In this document: in pieces, positions 1 through 13,026 of the stretch
How positions within the stretch are numbered: the stretch's first letter is position 1
Layout: each line of letters starts with the position of its first letter
Assembly: GCF_000143415.4 (NCBI RefSeq)
Contig: NW_003314263.1
Coordinates: forward strand, 4,157,628-4,221,627
Length of the DNA: 64,000 bases
Reading direction: 5' to 3'
Source of the DNA: Selaginella moellendorffii
Lineage: Eukaryota; Plantae; Lycopodiophyta
Made by a program: the position numbers and the translations under genes
The notes under the pieces: model-generated
Told to the model about the DNA's origin: nothing
Databases searched by the model: none
What the model saw: only the letters and a program-made list of their open reading frames with translations

Positions 1-730
1 AGGATAGGAGAAAAAGACTAGTGGCTAAGAAAAGAGCCATGGGAATCATGGGGAAGAATCCGAATGGCAAAGTTAAGCCGAAAACACTAATGTGTTGGGT
101 GCTAACGGATTGTGGGAAAGGCAATGTTTCCCCAAGGATGGATTCTCAACCGCTCCGATTTGGCGAAAGTGGATGCTCTAAAGGGGGGAGTGGTAAGGTA
201 GCCAAATAATAGGGCCGTGGGCAGCCCTAGCACCAATTATGATAAGTTCTTTACTTGAGGGTACCATCATCCTCTCTTCGTTATCGTGCCACCTTTAGGC
301 ACTAAGTTCCAGTTCCTAGGATAGGGAAGTGGAATTGCACCATGTGCAACGTAAGGTGTTGGAGACACCTAGGAAATTGATTCGGAGAAGTTAAAATTAA
401 AAGTTCCAAAGTGCAAAGGTTATGTCAATAGAATTGAGACTACTCAAGTATGAGTAGTGGGAATTGAGTTAGAGAAAATCTCTCTAATAGGTTTAGCAAG
501 AACTAAACCAATAAACAGAAAGAACCACCACAAGTGGTCCAATCAGTCTCCAAGTTGGAGAGACTATCCTCCTTAGAGGATGGACAAGGCATGGTGAGCC
601 TTCGGGGTCAAACCATAGACAAATGTTGGCCAGGTGCCAAGGATGAGAATGGTAATACCTGCGGGTGTTACTTTATAAAAGGGTTTACCGTTCAATGAGG
701 ACATCGAACTTCATCTATGGGTGGTGGAGT
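1..730 (+). mobile_element. Degenerate 3' internal region of an LTR retrotransposon, ending in a purine-rich PPT-like tract
   Basis: Stop-riddled sequence ending ...GGGTGGTGGAGT immediately before the LTR at 731. Confidence 0.5.
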
Positions 731-2391
731 TGTGAGACACAAAATCCCTAAGCCTCAAAGTGGAGCTGGACAGGGTGCCACGTGGTAGTGGCCGAAGCGA
801 AAGCCAAACGAGCGTAACACGTTTGGACTAAAAGCTCCGACTTGGAAGGTCGAGAGTGGGAGTGGAACTCCCAACAAAGGGCTCAAGGAACAAGCACGAA
901 GCGAGCAATAAGCGAGGCTCCAAAAAGGGACCCAAAAAGGACCAACACATGACACGTGGAAGAGTCCGAGATGGACCGAGACGGAGTCCAAGATGGAGTC
1001 CGAGGTGGAGTCCGAGATGGAGTCCGAGATGGAGTCCGAGGTGGAGTCTGAGATAGAGTCCGAGATGGAGTCTAAAGTGGAGTCCGAGATGGAGTCCGAG
1101 ATGGACCGAGACGGAGTCCGAGATGGAGTCCGAGATGGAGTCCAAGATGGACCCGAGATGGAATCCGAGATGGAGTCCGAGAAGGACCCGAGATGAAGTC
1201 CAAGGTCGAGACCGAGACCGGGACCAAGACCGAGACCGGGACCGAGACCAAGACCGAGACCGAGACCGGGACCGGGACCGAGACCGAGACCGGGACCGAG
1301 ACCGAGACCGAGGCGGAGGCCGAGACCGAGCCCGAGTCCGAGTCCGAGCCTGAGTCCGAGTCCGAGTCCGAGTCCCAGTCCGAGTTCGAGTCTGAGAGGG
1401 TGAAAGCCCAAAGCGTTCGTCTCCTAGACCCTGGAGGGTTTAGTGAGCTCCAAAAGTATAATAAGGGGGAGAACTGCAATGGAGCCAGTTTGGCCAGGAA
1501 AGGCCAGTTTGGCCCAGGAAGGCCAGACCCAGTGTTGGGTGATGAGCTGACCACTGGGAAGTCCAAGACTAGAGTGAACATGGACCAACAAGCGAGGTAG
1601 CTTGGTGAAGTGTTCAAGATCCGGCTCTAGTTCCCCGGGAGATCGACTGGCCGATGCTCCCAGTCCAAGTGTGGGTGGCACTACCTACTTGGATACTAGG
1701 CGTGGCTCAGTGGAACCTCGCTCTAAACCCATGGCTAGAGCACCCAATGGCGGAAGGCAGGGAGAGTACCCAGGTGGCTCGCGTAAGGCCACGGTGTTCC
1801 GAAGTGTTGTCCCAAAGTCCCAGACTGTGGAAAGGAAAAGGAGCAGTCCTTTGGTGTGGTGGCCAAGGATATGGTCACGTGGTGAGGAAGTCCCAGAGGA
1901 CCATGGGACTTAATGGTCGGGCCTGTGGGCCTCAATCTAGTGGCAGTGTTGGCAAACTCGGCCAAAGGCAAAAAGGGACTTAGTGGGGACTAACAGAGGG
2001 ATATTGGGGAAGGCTGTTCCCTTTGTTGGTGGGCATCCTAAGGATGCTAAGGAGTGGATCTGGGATGACCACTCATGGATGGTTGGCCCAGTCTTGGAGA
2101 GACAAGACTGTGTTGTAAGTGGTATTGGACTACCAATGCAGCAAAGGTGATTGGGCATGGCCTTAGCGTAACAGGTTGCTATGTCGGTGGTACCTTTGAG
2201 TGTCGGTCATGGGATCGAACACATGGAGCACTTGGACCAGGTGCAAGGGTTGAGTGGCATGGATGCCATTCTTGGGGCTAGCAAGTCCCAAGTCCTGAAT
2301 TGGATTTATAGAGGTTGTGAATGAGACTCCTCCAAATGGTCGGAGGTGTGGTTAAGTGACTAAAGTAGAATGGAAAAATTAGTCGCTTACA
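731..2391 (+). mobile_element. LTR (~1.66 kb, TG...CA), probably the 3' LTR of an element extending left of the window
   Basis: Starts TGTGAGACAC and ends GTCGCTTACA. Colinear with the copy at 19063-21058 over its whole length. Confidence 0.85.
960..1397. repeat. Tandem 12-mer (GAGATGGAGTCC)n then 6-mer (GAGACC/GAGTCC)n arrays inside the LTR
   Basis: Directly visible. It generates the spurious MESE/ETET/SDSI ORFs. Confidence 0.9.
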
Positions 2392-3949
2392 ATGTTGTTC
2401 TAGACTGTGTAACAAAAATGTCATAGGAGTGAGAGAAAGCTCGAATTTGTTTCACCGAGATGGATCCAGGGATAACACTATTGCCAGTGGGAATGATTGC
2501 ATAACTAAAATATTTTTAAATAAAATTAAAGTTACATTGTAAATATAAAAAGTTTAATAAATTTCTAAATATCATTTTACTAAAAAAATATAATAATTTA
2601 GTGTATATGCAATAATTTATTTAAAAATTATTTTAAATAAGTAAACATAACATCATATAAGTAATTAAAATTTACACAAAGAATAAGTTCTATTTTTGGA
2701 ATAAAAGGATATCATATAAATAAAGATATTTGTAAAGTTATTCTAATAACTTTAAGACTGCCATATAATTTTAGATATAGATGAAACGTTGGTCACGGAA
2801 GCAGAAGATTCGGGGTATGTATATCACGTAGCTGTGTCTTGTTTGATTTTCGGCCTTCTGCATAGCTTATTTGCTTTTCTCTGAAAAACAAATCAAGATT
2901 AAGTTATTTTTTACTAAATTACAACTAAGATAATTTATTGAGGAAATCATATAGTGGGTTTAAATATATAATATAATATCTCACAATAAATTGATAAATA
3001 GAAAATTATAAACATAATAATGTGAATCAATTTAACAAAGAAAAAACTAAAATTTATTATTAGTGCTTTCAGATTACATTTCTTTTACTTTAGTGAAGAG
3101 TAGAGAAAATGTTATTCTCACATAAAACTTATTTTAGAAATTATATATTATTGTCAAATTTTATAAAATGTAAATAAATTGCAATTTATGTGTTTTTTTA
3201 ATCAAACTTTCAATTTCTTCTTAGAAGATAGTATTAAAGATAGTAAAGGTATTTTTTATTATTTATGAATGTAATATTTAAGTAAACATTTTTATTTATA
3301 TGAGTTCACCAGTATTTTACTCAAAATAATAGATATATTTCTTTAACTCTAGTTGGAATAGTAAAAATATAATTTCTATATAAGAAATCTCATTTTAGAA
3401 TTATATTATTTTCAATATATTTCTTCTAAATTATTTAATTTTTCATTCAAAAATACTAAAAAATATTACTCTTATAAAAATATATAATGAAAGAGCAAGA
3501 AAACTTGAAGCATATAGTATAAAAATACTACTTATAGATCGAGAGAGAGTAAGGAAACTGGATGCATATAGTATAAAAATACTACTCACAAATTGAGAGA
3601 GAGAGAGAGAGCAAAGAACTAAAATTAATTTAATTTAATTAAATAATTTATACTATAATTATTTGTTTACAATTTATTAATTAATTATTATTTTATTAAT
3701 TTTTTTGTTTGCTTTAGGGTGTGGTAGTGAATATACCTAGACTATGTTTGGATATTCTAGGATATGCTACCATCTAATGGTTGGTATTCATTTAGATTAG
3801 TCTTGTATTTATAATTTATAAACTATCCTTATGATTAATATTATTTAAGATTAATATTATATTATAAATTATAAATATGCTTCTAATTCTTGATTAATAA
3901 GATTATAGTTTGTAATAATCATGAGCTTGTGAGGTCTTTTAGAGCATGA

Positions 3950-4350
3950 GCCAAAAAAACACTGTAACTTACAATGCATTGATTGGGGTTTACATTCAAA
4001 CTATCAATGATTAATACTTGTGCTTGTATGGGGAATTTGCCACAAGCCAAGTCTCTTCTCTCCCAAATCATGGGAGACACTAGCAAACAAAAACACTATA
4101 GAAGCTTGTTAAGTTTCATGTACATTTGGTGTGGAGTCTTGAGTGCTTCCATACTAGTGTTCCAGGATCTGTGGATGGAACCATCATGACATCATATCCT
4201 AGAACTTGATCCTCTCTTGCCACACTCAGAATGGAAGAAGTGAGAAGTCTTTGGAGCTGTTTTGGGAGATGAGGCTAAATGGATCTTGTCAAGCGGCTGT
4301 ATTTCATCTCAATAGGGTGCATTATTCCATCCCTATAGTAGAGACAATGT
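3950..4350 (+). pseudogene. Degenerate PLS-type PPR gene fragment
   Basis: INTCACMGNLPQAKSL...SLLSFMYIWCGVLSASILVF resembles PPR L/S motifs (AC..LG.L...; MY.KCG.L..A..VF). Stops are present. Confidence 0.4.
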
Positions 4351-4649
4351 TGTTCTAGGGCATATTCTCAAATATAAACCCTAAACCTTCTTTTCACAAT
4401 GCAATGCATGTCTATGAAGGTCTAAGATCGAATTGTTTTTTACTTGGTTTACAAAATGGGTTTGTGTTTTTGGCTCTATACCTTAACCCTAAGTTGGGTA
4501 AATGCATAAGTTGACAGATTTTAATGTTTAAAGGTTATTTTTTTCAAAGTTTTTTCTCCCGATTCTTCAAAGTGAAGTCTAGTTTATTTTGGCTCTTTTT
4601 ACTAGCATAAATTAACTAGAGGTATGTCAGTGCTATGGATATTATTCAG

Positions 4650-7600
4650 TCAAGAATTTGTCAACCAAAACAAATTCTTATGAAGGTTTGGTTTTACTCT
4701 GTATTCTTTAGTTTTTCTTTTTTATTTCTTTTTGGTTTTGTAGTTTCACAAGAAATGAGGAAAAATTTGACCATTTATGATCTATTTGTTTCTTATTACA
4801 TGTATTGTTATTTATTATTTGTATGTATCCTTCTTTCTCCATTATTGTTTGAAGTGGTTTTACTTCTTCTTTTTGATAGTTAATATTGAATTATCTTGTA
4901 ATTATATTGGTTTTTTATTATCTATTTTTTGTATATATTTTTGTAGTTTTTTTAATATTTGTATAATTGTTCCAGTTTTTCTATGTAAATTTATTATTTG
5001 TAATTTTTTAAAAAACATTTCTAGTGATATATATGACATTGCTATTGTTTCTGTTTTTAAATGTTTAATTTTTCTGATTTATAGTCATTTGTATGAAAGA
5101 TTGCTATATATGGGGGTTGCTCATGTATATATGATTTATATTTATTAATATATAAATCCTCATGTTTTGTGTTCTTACGTCTTCCATATATATTATATCT
5201 GATGTTAATAATTGTGTATCACTCTTCTTGATGTGCAGTAATAGATGTTGTGTTTAAAACATGTATAATTTTTTGGTTAGCTGTTTTTTATTCTTGTTAA
5301 TCTATTAAATCAATTTGCCATGGTGCTTCTATTGTCATTCATATTATTTTCTTACCTGCATCTTTATTAATTTTAATATGTTTATGTTCAATTGGTCAAT
5401 ATAAATGTATCCCTTTTAGTGTTTGTGTTCTTGACAATGCTATGTCCTGAATATTTGGTTTTCTATGGGTCATATCCTAATTTAGTGTTGATCCTTGTGC
5501 TCTATGTATTGTTCTTCCTGCACATGGTTATATTGGAAATTGAAATCTACTTTTCGGTTTTTGTAATATTTACTATTCTTGTTTTTTTTTTTTATTGATA
5601 TCCAGGTTTTTTCATTATTTATCATTACTATTATATTTTATTTAGCTCTTGTTTTTTCACCTGTTTTATATCTGAGAATTCTTTCCATATTATTTTTCTT
5701 CTTCAATCTGGGTTACCTCCATGTGCTCCATTTACTAATCCATATTTTGTTGCTATATTTTGTGTTATTTCAAATGCCATTTTCCTTTTCAAATGTAATA
5801 TCTTATGTAGTCCTTGTATTTTTCTTGTATTATCTGATAGCCTAAAATATGTAGGACAGAAATTTCTATGTTTGTCTTGTGCTTCTATAATTATATCTAT
5901 ACCTTGTCTCTTACTTATGAATTAGTTGCAAGTATAGAATAATATATAATGTATTTTTTGGAGGCTTCTTTATGTATATATTCTGGCTCTATATCTGTTT
6001 GTTCTCCTATTTTTATTTTATTTAAAGATTTTTTAAAGATTGTATTTTCTTTTTGCCTCATTATTCCAATGAGTTCATAAATTTGAAATTGTTTTTCCAT
6101 GGATGGTGTATGGAGATATCATTTTCAGGTCTATATGTTTTTGTTGCATAAATTGGTGCTTCAATTGTAGGATTTAATTGATAGAAATCACTTGTAAAAA
6201 TACAATCCATCTCAGCAAAATCTATTTCATATGTTATTTTGAAATTTATATCTTGTAACATTTTTATACTTACCATTGATATTTCGTCTATTACTAAGCA
6301 TTTTATTGTTGAAAACTGTCTCTTATATTTATCTAATGTGTCATTTGTTAATACTGTTTGACATATGCTGTTGTTGCTTAATATGCATTCATATACATCA
6401 TGTACATTTTTTTAAGATCTTCTTTTGTAAATTTTTATGTAAGATTAATCTTTCAAAAGCCATCTTTTTTGGATATTTTTCTTTACTAAAGTTTATATAT
6501 TTGTTGTTTTCTTTAATGTTTTCATGTTGTTACTTCTTTTTGAGTTATATATTCAGTTGTTCTCTTTGCTAATGTTAAGTCCTCTAATTCTTCTAGTCTT
6601 TGCATATATTTTTCAATTAGTCTTGGTATTGCTATGTTTGTATTCTTGCATTTTTGCAAAGTCTTGTTTCATTTTTAAACGTTTTATTCATTGTTATTGT
6701 GGTTTGGTACCAATGAACTTTACAGTTCTAAACATGTGATGAAATAAGATTGACAATATTAAAAATGTGTTTATTGAATTAGCATTTCTCTACCATGTAT
6801 GAAGCTATTTTCTAATAACCAAACTTTGTTAAATGTATCTATTCATTCTCCTTGGCAAATTTCAAAATATAGTTGATAATTTTTTTTTCAAATACAGTGC
6901 CTAATTTGTCATTAAATATATTTGTGTTTATGTCTTTTGGTTTTTATTTATAAAACATTTTTGTATTTGTTAATGTGGATCTTATTATAATTTTATTTTG
7001 CTCATATGTTATTCCTATTATACTTAAATATTCATCAAAGTCTAAAAATGTTTAGATTTATAGATTTATTTTCTAGTATAGTTTTTATTCTTTTATAAAT
7101 TATTCCATAAGCATCCTTTTCATGATGTATAATGTCTTTGATAGGCTCTAAGATTTTTGTTTGTGGCATTGGAGGAATTGGGTAATTAAATTTATAATTT
7201 ATATTTTTATATTTTTTATATATTTTTCTATGTTTGCGAGTTTAAACATCCATTATACTATCTGGTACTTTGGCTTAATTAGTACATATATTTTTTGTTA
7301 ACATATTTTTAATTTGTTCTAATCTTTATGTTGGAATTTCTTACCATATTAGTGCATGTTCATGTGGTGTACCACATAGCAGATGTTTTATGTGCATATT
7401 ATCATATTATAGTTATTGGATCAGCTCTTCATATTTTATATATTTTAATTTAAATTTAAATTTTTCTATGTCTTCTTTTTGTAATTTATCTATATTTAAA
7501 TCTTTTAAATATTTATTAATGGTTCTTAATGTCTTTATGAAAATTAAGAGTTAAGAAAACTGTTGGTGGTCCTAATTGTCTTATCATGACAAATGCATCT

Positions 7601-9000
7601 ATTTTTAATGCTTCTAAATTATCTGGTGATAATTTTTAGATTTTCAAATCTCTAAAACCTATGCTTGACTTTATTATTTATCCATATTTTCATTTTCAAA
7701 CACAAATTTTGATGTGGCTTTCCTTCCTTCATAAGTAGATTTTCTTAATCTAAAACCTGCATTTTGATTAACAAATTTGATTTCTATTTATACAGCTGTT
7801 GTTAATATATGTTCAATATATTGTGCAAATTTTCTATCTTCATTCATTAATTCCCATTGAATTATTTCTTGGTATGTATATTTACTTTTTATGTCTAATA
7901 GTCTTGGTTTTCCAGCAAATAATTTTGGATATGCCATCTCTTCAGCATCTTCATCTACAAATAATCTTAATAAGTGTTGTCTTTGACCAGGTGCTATAAC
8001 TAAAACTTTATTTGTAAAAATATCAATTTGATTTGCATCTAAGAAGCTAATTACTATAGTATCTGTTGGTAATATCTCATTATTAGTGTTGCTTATTAGA
8101 TTTACACTTTCATCATCTTTAATTAATTCTTATTGTAATTCGTTTTCTAATATTATTTGTGTCTTATTATCTATATTGTCTAAATTTTGTGCTTGTTGAA
8201 ACCAGTTTTCATTTATATTAATTTTATTTTTCTTATATATTTCTGTTTCTTGTAATTTTTTATACTGTTATAAATATAATTTAGTCTGGCTGTTCCATAT
8301 TTATAATATTTTTATCATTTAATCTTTTTTCAGCTGAATTATTATTGTTTGTGTTTTTAAATGTTCTTGATAGTTTATTGAGTATTGGTTTAATATTAGT
8401 TGGGAAATTTATTATTCCTCCTTTTATGCATTGGTGCTATTGAGGTTTATTTGATATTGTTATAAATACCTAAAGGAAGCATTTTCTCTTCAATATTTTG
8501 TATATTGATCAATTTCATTTATTCTAGTATTTTTTGGACTTTTATATTTTTCTTTGTTTATCATGCATTGATTGCATGCATATTCTTGTTTTTTATTATA
8601 TTTAAACCAGAGTCTTTTACAAATTTTATAGGGATGTATCAGTATATTATATATAGCTTCATTATAAGTTTGTAGTGCTTTCATACTTTTTGTATTGTCT
8701 ATTTCATCTTCATTTTCTTGTTGCTCTTTTTCTTTTATTGTTTTTCTTTCTTTGCTTATAATTTAATATACTCTTCTTTTAAGTTTTCATCATATATTGT
8801 ACTCCTAGTTCTTTTTCTTAAAATATTTATTTTTTCATGTGTTTGTTTTGTAAGTTTCAAGTTTCTATTAGTATTTTGTCTTCTTCTGTTGTATATATAT
8901 ATATTTTTTTTTTTATAAAGTATGTTTTTCTTGTTTTTCTTTGAATATAGTAATAGTTTTTACTGCTCATTTTTATTCTTTCTCGATAAATAATATTATC
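4650..9000 (-). mobile_element. Dead Helitron of Helentron/Helitron2 type (Rep + Pif1 helicase + probable AP endonuclease)
   Basis: Minus-strand motifs: MIRQLGPPTVFLTL (~7547-7590, Rep motif 1); GTPHEHALIW (~7343-7373, HUH); IFTSDFYQLNP (~6170-6200) and IMRQKEN.IF..LNKIK.G (~6000-6065, Pif1 motifs); IITR*FNIN and QIDHKWSN (~4760-4910, EEP-like). Many stops and frameshifts; termini not located. Confidence 0.8.
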
Positions 9001-10055
9001 TAGAAACAATTTGTTGCTCTGTTAATTCAATATTATTTTAACAGGGATGAGTTGAGTTTTAGTTCTTTCACTTTTTTATTTACATATCCTTTATTTGCAT
9101 AAAAATTTTGCATTTAGAAGTTCTCTTTGTCATAATTTTGCCCTTTATACTTAAATGCCCTTATTCCTCAGATTAGTTTTCTCTAAGATTTTTTAACTGA
9201 TTTAGATTGTTTAAAGAGAATCATCAAACAATCGGACTATTTTTAGCCTTTTTTCGATATGTATTAATTCTCTATCTTTCAATCAACAGCTAATGATTTA
9301 TAATCTAGACTAGTAAAAACAATCAAAGCTCTTTTACTTACTTCTATTCTGTGAATAAATCAATGTTATTCTGTTGAAAGCCATTTATGCCCTAAAGCTA
9401 TATTAAATCTTTATTTAAATGGGCCTAAAATGGGCTTATCTCTTGGCATGATAGAAACATGAGCACAGGTACCAGATTGTTGAGAGTGGGCATATGGCGT
9501 GTAGTTGGGCATGGAGGCTCTCTGATATAAATGCGTCCTACAGGTTCCCATCCAGAGGTTTTCTTGTACCTCTTCATCTCTGCTGACATGCCAGGAAGAT
9601 CACATAAGCTTGAAGAGGATTTCTTGAGCTTAGAAATTACATGTATGGCTTCTGTCTTTTCCTTTTTGTTTCATTCAGCTGCTCGATCTCTCGAGGGGAT
9701 GGCAATGTGAATTGCTTCATTGCCTTGACCAGTGCAAGCTGATGTGCAAAAGCCTGCTTCTCACTGTCTGGTGTCCAGTACCTGCGTGAAACTTGAACAT
9801 CCCTCTTGCTCCAGGATCTCCTGCCCTCTTGCTTCACAGCCAGATCCAGTTTCGGGCCCGAGAACTTGTCCAGGACTGGAAATGGGACGCCTTCTTCCAC
9901 TTTGACGATGGTCACAAGCGGGAAGTTGAAAACGTCCTCGTGGTGATTGCCGTGAGTGATCTCTCTTGGCTCTATTGAGCGCAACATTGCCGAGCTCCCA
10001 GCTTGTCTTAGAAGACCTTGATAAAAAAACGAGAAACGCAATCAGATATCTTGAA

Positions 10056-10501
10056 CCAATCAGCTTAATGAGCTACATCTTGACTATATTTCATTCTTCC
10101 GCTGCTGTTGCTAGTGTTTAGCTATCGAGCACCAAAATAGCAACTTCAGGAAATGGGATCTGCTATAAACCCTAGCCAGGGGAGGAGATGTGGCGGTCAG
10201 GTAAGAAGCTTTACGGTTGAGAGGCATCCCAAAATGATCGCATTTTCTAGAACAGCTGCGGCTCGTCAGCTTTTCCAGAGGAGCTTGTGCAGTGGCCATG
10301 GATCATTAACAACTACTCAACCTGCACTGCGACTTGTCTTGCACTATGACAAGATCAACACATCCCTCATTCTTTTTGACAGTTCCTAGTACAGCATCGG
10401 CAGCCATGGTTGGTTGATGAAAGAATTTGGGGCCCTGCTTGCGTTAGGTACCAAATGCACCATTCACCAGCGCAAGCATTGCAATGGCTCCTACTGGAGC
10501 T
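10056..10501 (+). pseudogene. 5' fragment of the uncharacterised Cys/His-rich family gene (inverted copy of ~59095-59555)
   Basis: Near-identical to the reverse complement of 59095-59555. Carries a premature TAG at 10387-10389 and is truncated by a deletion. Confidence 0.85.
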
Positions 10502-13026
10502 GGAAACACAAAGGTATTGTAGAAAACAATGTTTGGCCAGCAAAGACAATTTCAGTGATTAACTTGGGAATCCAACTCTCAAATTGCGCTAAGGCTTCTT
10601 TACCTTTGACTTGGGCAATTTAAAGTAATTGAATAAGTTGTGTCTCACTATGTCCCCTCGTTTCCCCGCTAAATGATCTTCCATTTTAAAATATGCTGTG
10701 CACAATTGCATAAGAGCATTAAGAATTTTTTCCTGCAAAAAATTAAAAAATGAGATCATTTAAAACACTCTTATATCCACTTACCCCAAGAAATAAATAT
10801 GCAAGTTGGTGCAAAATCAACACTTTACCGTTTTCTGAAATTTCAACCGAAGACTTTTTGCATCCTCTCAAGTGCATGTTAATGGCAATAGGACTCCCCA
10901 ACGTCTCACCATCCGTGACGACTTGCCTCTTCTTCCGAGATGGCTCCTGATCACTTTCATTCTCATCACTGTCGTCGTCTATATCTCTATATGCTGGATC
11001 CTTGAGTTCGACATCAATATCTTCATCTTCATCCTCACCATCTTCACCACGCAGACTCTGCCGTTTGATTTGCGTGCAGCTACGCACAGGACGCTGGGGA
11101 GCTTCGTCCAGACCCACGTCCATGTGTTGGAGCAGTCCCTCGTCAGCCTCAGGGAGGGCCTGTGGAACTTGGCTGGGGCTGGCCTGGCTGGAGCTCGCTG
11201 CTCCTGGAACCGGAGCTTCGTCATCCCACCTGCAATGAACACAAAAAGACTGGTGATTAAAAGCAAGTGCGAAAGAGAGCATACTCCAATGCAGCTTTGG
11301 CAAGCTTCTGAGTGTTCACAGAGTAGGTGTCTCTGTTTCGAATCTGAACCGGCACGGCTTGCATTCTGTCATGGCGAAGCTCATACGTCCCATCCGGCCC
11401 TGGCATCAGCACTGGAAGCAGTGCATCGAAAGCTTCCTGGTTCCGTTGCGGTATGATCGCCACACTGCCCAGAAAGCATAAGAGCAAGTCCTCCTTCGTG
11501 ATCTGCTTTCTGTTGAGGAGAATGAAGCGGTTGAAGCAGGCGAGCCCTTTTACTTCCAGCGGTTTCCCACACAGCTTGGTCACAAAGTCCCGGAGCTTGA
11601 CAGGGTGAGTAAACTTATTGGCTTCGACGTCGTGCTTGCAACAGGCATGTACTGCCAGAAGCAGCACAATCCGCCCGACTATTTCCCCTCGAGGCCCCTC
11701 CACAACGTACGCTTGCTTGAAAACCCGCTGCGCCACCTCCAGCACCGCATTCAACTGATCTTTGTTGTCCAGTATGCGCGCGGCTGCCTCCCCCAATATA
11801 GGCTCGAACGCGTCCGCGGTGAAGACGCAGTCACGGTCGCCACTTACGTGGCTCACCGTCCGCATGTTGCCCGCCACCATGTCCTTGGCTAGTTCGGACC
11901 AGGCTACCACCTCGAGGCCAGCCGCCACCCCCAGAACGGCAATGCCCATTGCGTTTGTCAGCGATTCCTCACCGACCGGCTTCAGTCTCTCCATGGGCAT
12001 CCCCAGAAGCTTCTGCATGGCGAACGTCACAACCTCCATCCCATCTGCGCCATTGTCGAGAGTAGCACGCCACAGGGGCCGCCCCCACCTGAACAACTCC
12101 TTCGTCAGCTCTGCCAAGGGGGTGGTCGGATCCTTTGTCTTCAGCTGCAAGGACATTAGCTTCTTTGCCTGCTCGAAGTCCCACCACAAGCTCCCCACCA
12201 CCCAGATCGGCTCAAAGAACCTGGTCGAAGGAGCTCTTGCCCGGGAGCTGCGATCTTGCATTTGCGGAGGGATGACGAGGCCGAGCTTTCCGGCAGTATC
12301 TGCTACCAGTCCGAACACCTTTAAGTTGCGTGGAATGCACGAAAAAAACCTCCTGCAGGCCAGGAATGAACCGGCCACCTGTCCAAACCATGAAGACGCC
12401 TTGTCCATGCAGACAATGATCTTCTTATCGGGTACGAAAATCTTGTTGGCCGTCGTCCGGATCCAGTGAGTTAGCTTCACACCATCCCAGTCCTGTCCTG
12501 GACCGGGCTTGGACTCGCGCACCTCCTCCAGCACCTCCTCACTGAGTTTAAGGTAGCTGGAGGAACGAGCACAAAGTCAGCAAGCAAAAAGAGAAGATAG
12601 GAGAGAAGATAACCTTTTAGCCACGGCTTGGCCAAAATGTGGCTCCGACTGCTCCTTCATCCACTCCTCTGGAGATTTCTCTTTGATCTGAGTTAAAATG
12701 GCGAGAACCCATGCTGCCACGGCGCGTGGATCGTTGCTCATTTTGCTATAAATCAGCTGCTGCGCCACAGCACTTCGATCCGGGATGCCTGTAGACCCGG
12801 CCTTGAGAAAGGAGACGTACACAACGTAAAAGCCCTTGGTAGCCAGCTCTCGCATGGTCCTTGACTTTCCCCACCCAGAGCTCTGCAGCACCATCGTCCA
12901 TGCCGCAAGCCGCCCCATATCGTTGTGCCACTCGTCAAACAAGCCATTGATAACCTCTGCAACGTAGTCCAACACTTTGCAAGGATCCTGGTAAGGGCGA
13001 TTAATTGAGCAGCCAGTCACGTTCAT
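10502..13026 (-). pseudogene. 5'-truncated inverted duplicate of the Crinkler-like NTPase/nuclease gene
   Basis: ORFs 12577-13026, 11257-12534 and 10743-11303 are near-identical to 55151-57650. Walker B DEASS reads DKASS. The N-terminal ~200 codons are missing. Confidence 0.85.

Noticed and set aside
755-1617. Repetitive ORFs (GLGL, SDSI, ETET, RDRD) as proteins, or the array as a CRISPR
   Set aside because: These are stop-free translations of 6/12-bp satellites inside an LTR. There are no unique spacers and no cas genes, and the context is eukaryotic.
4635-8918. Plus-strand hydrophobic F/L/I-rich ORFs as membrane proteins
   Set aside because: They are antisense shadows of the A-rich Helitron coding strand.
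9637-10041. 134-aa minus-strand ORF
   Set aside because: Non-ATG start, no recognisable homology and no supported exon structure. Possibly a gene fragment.
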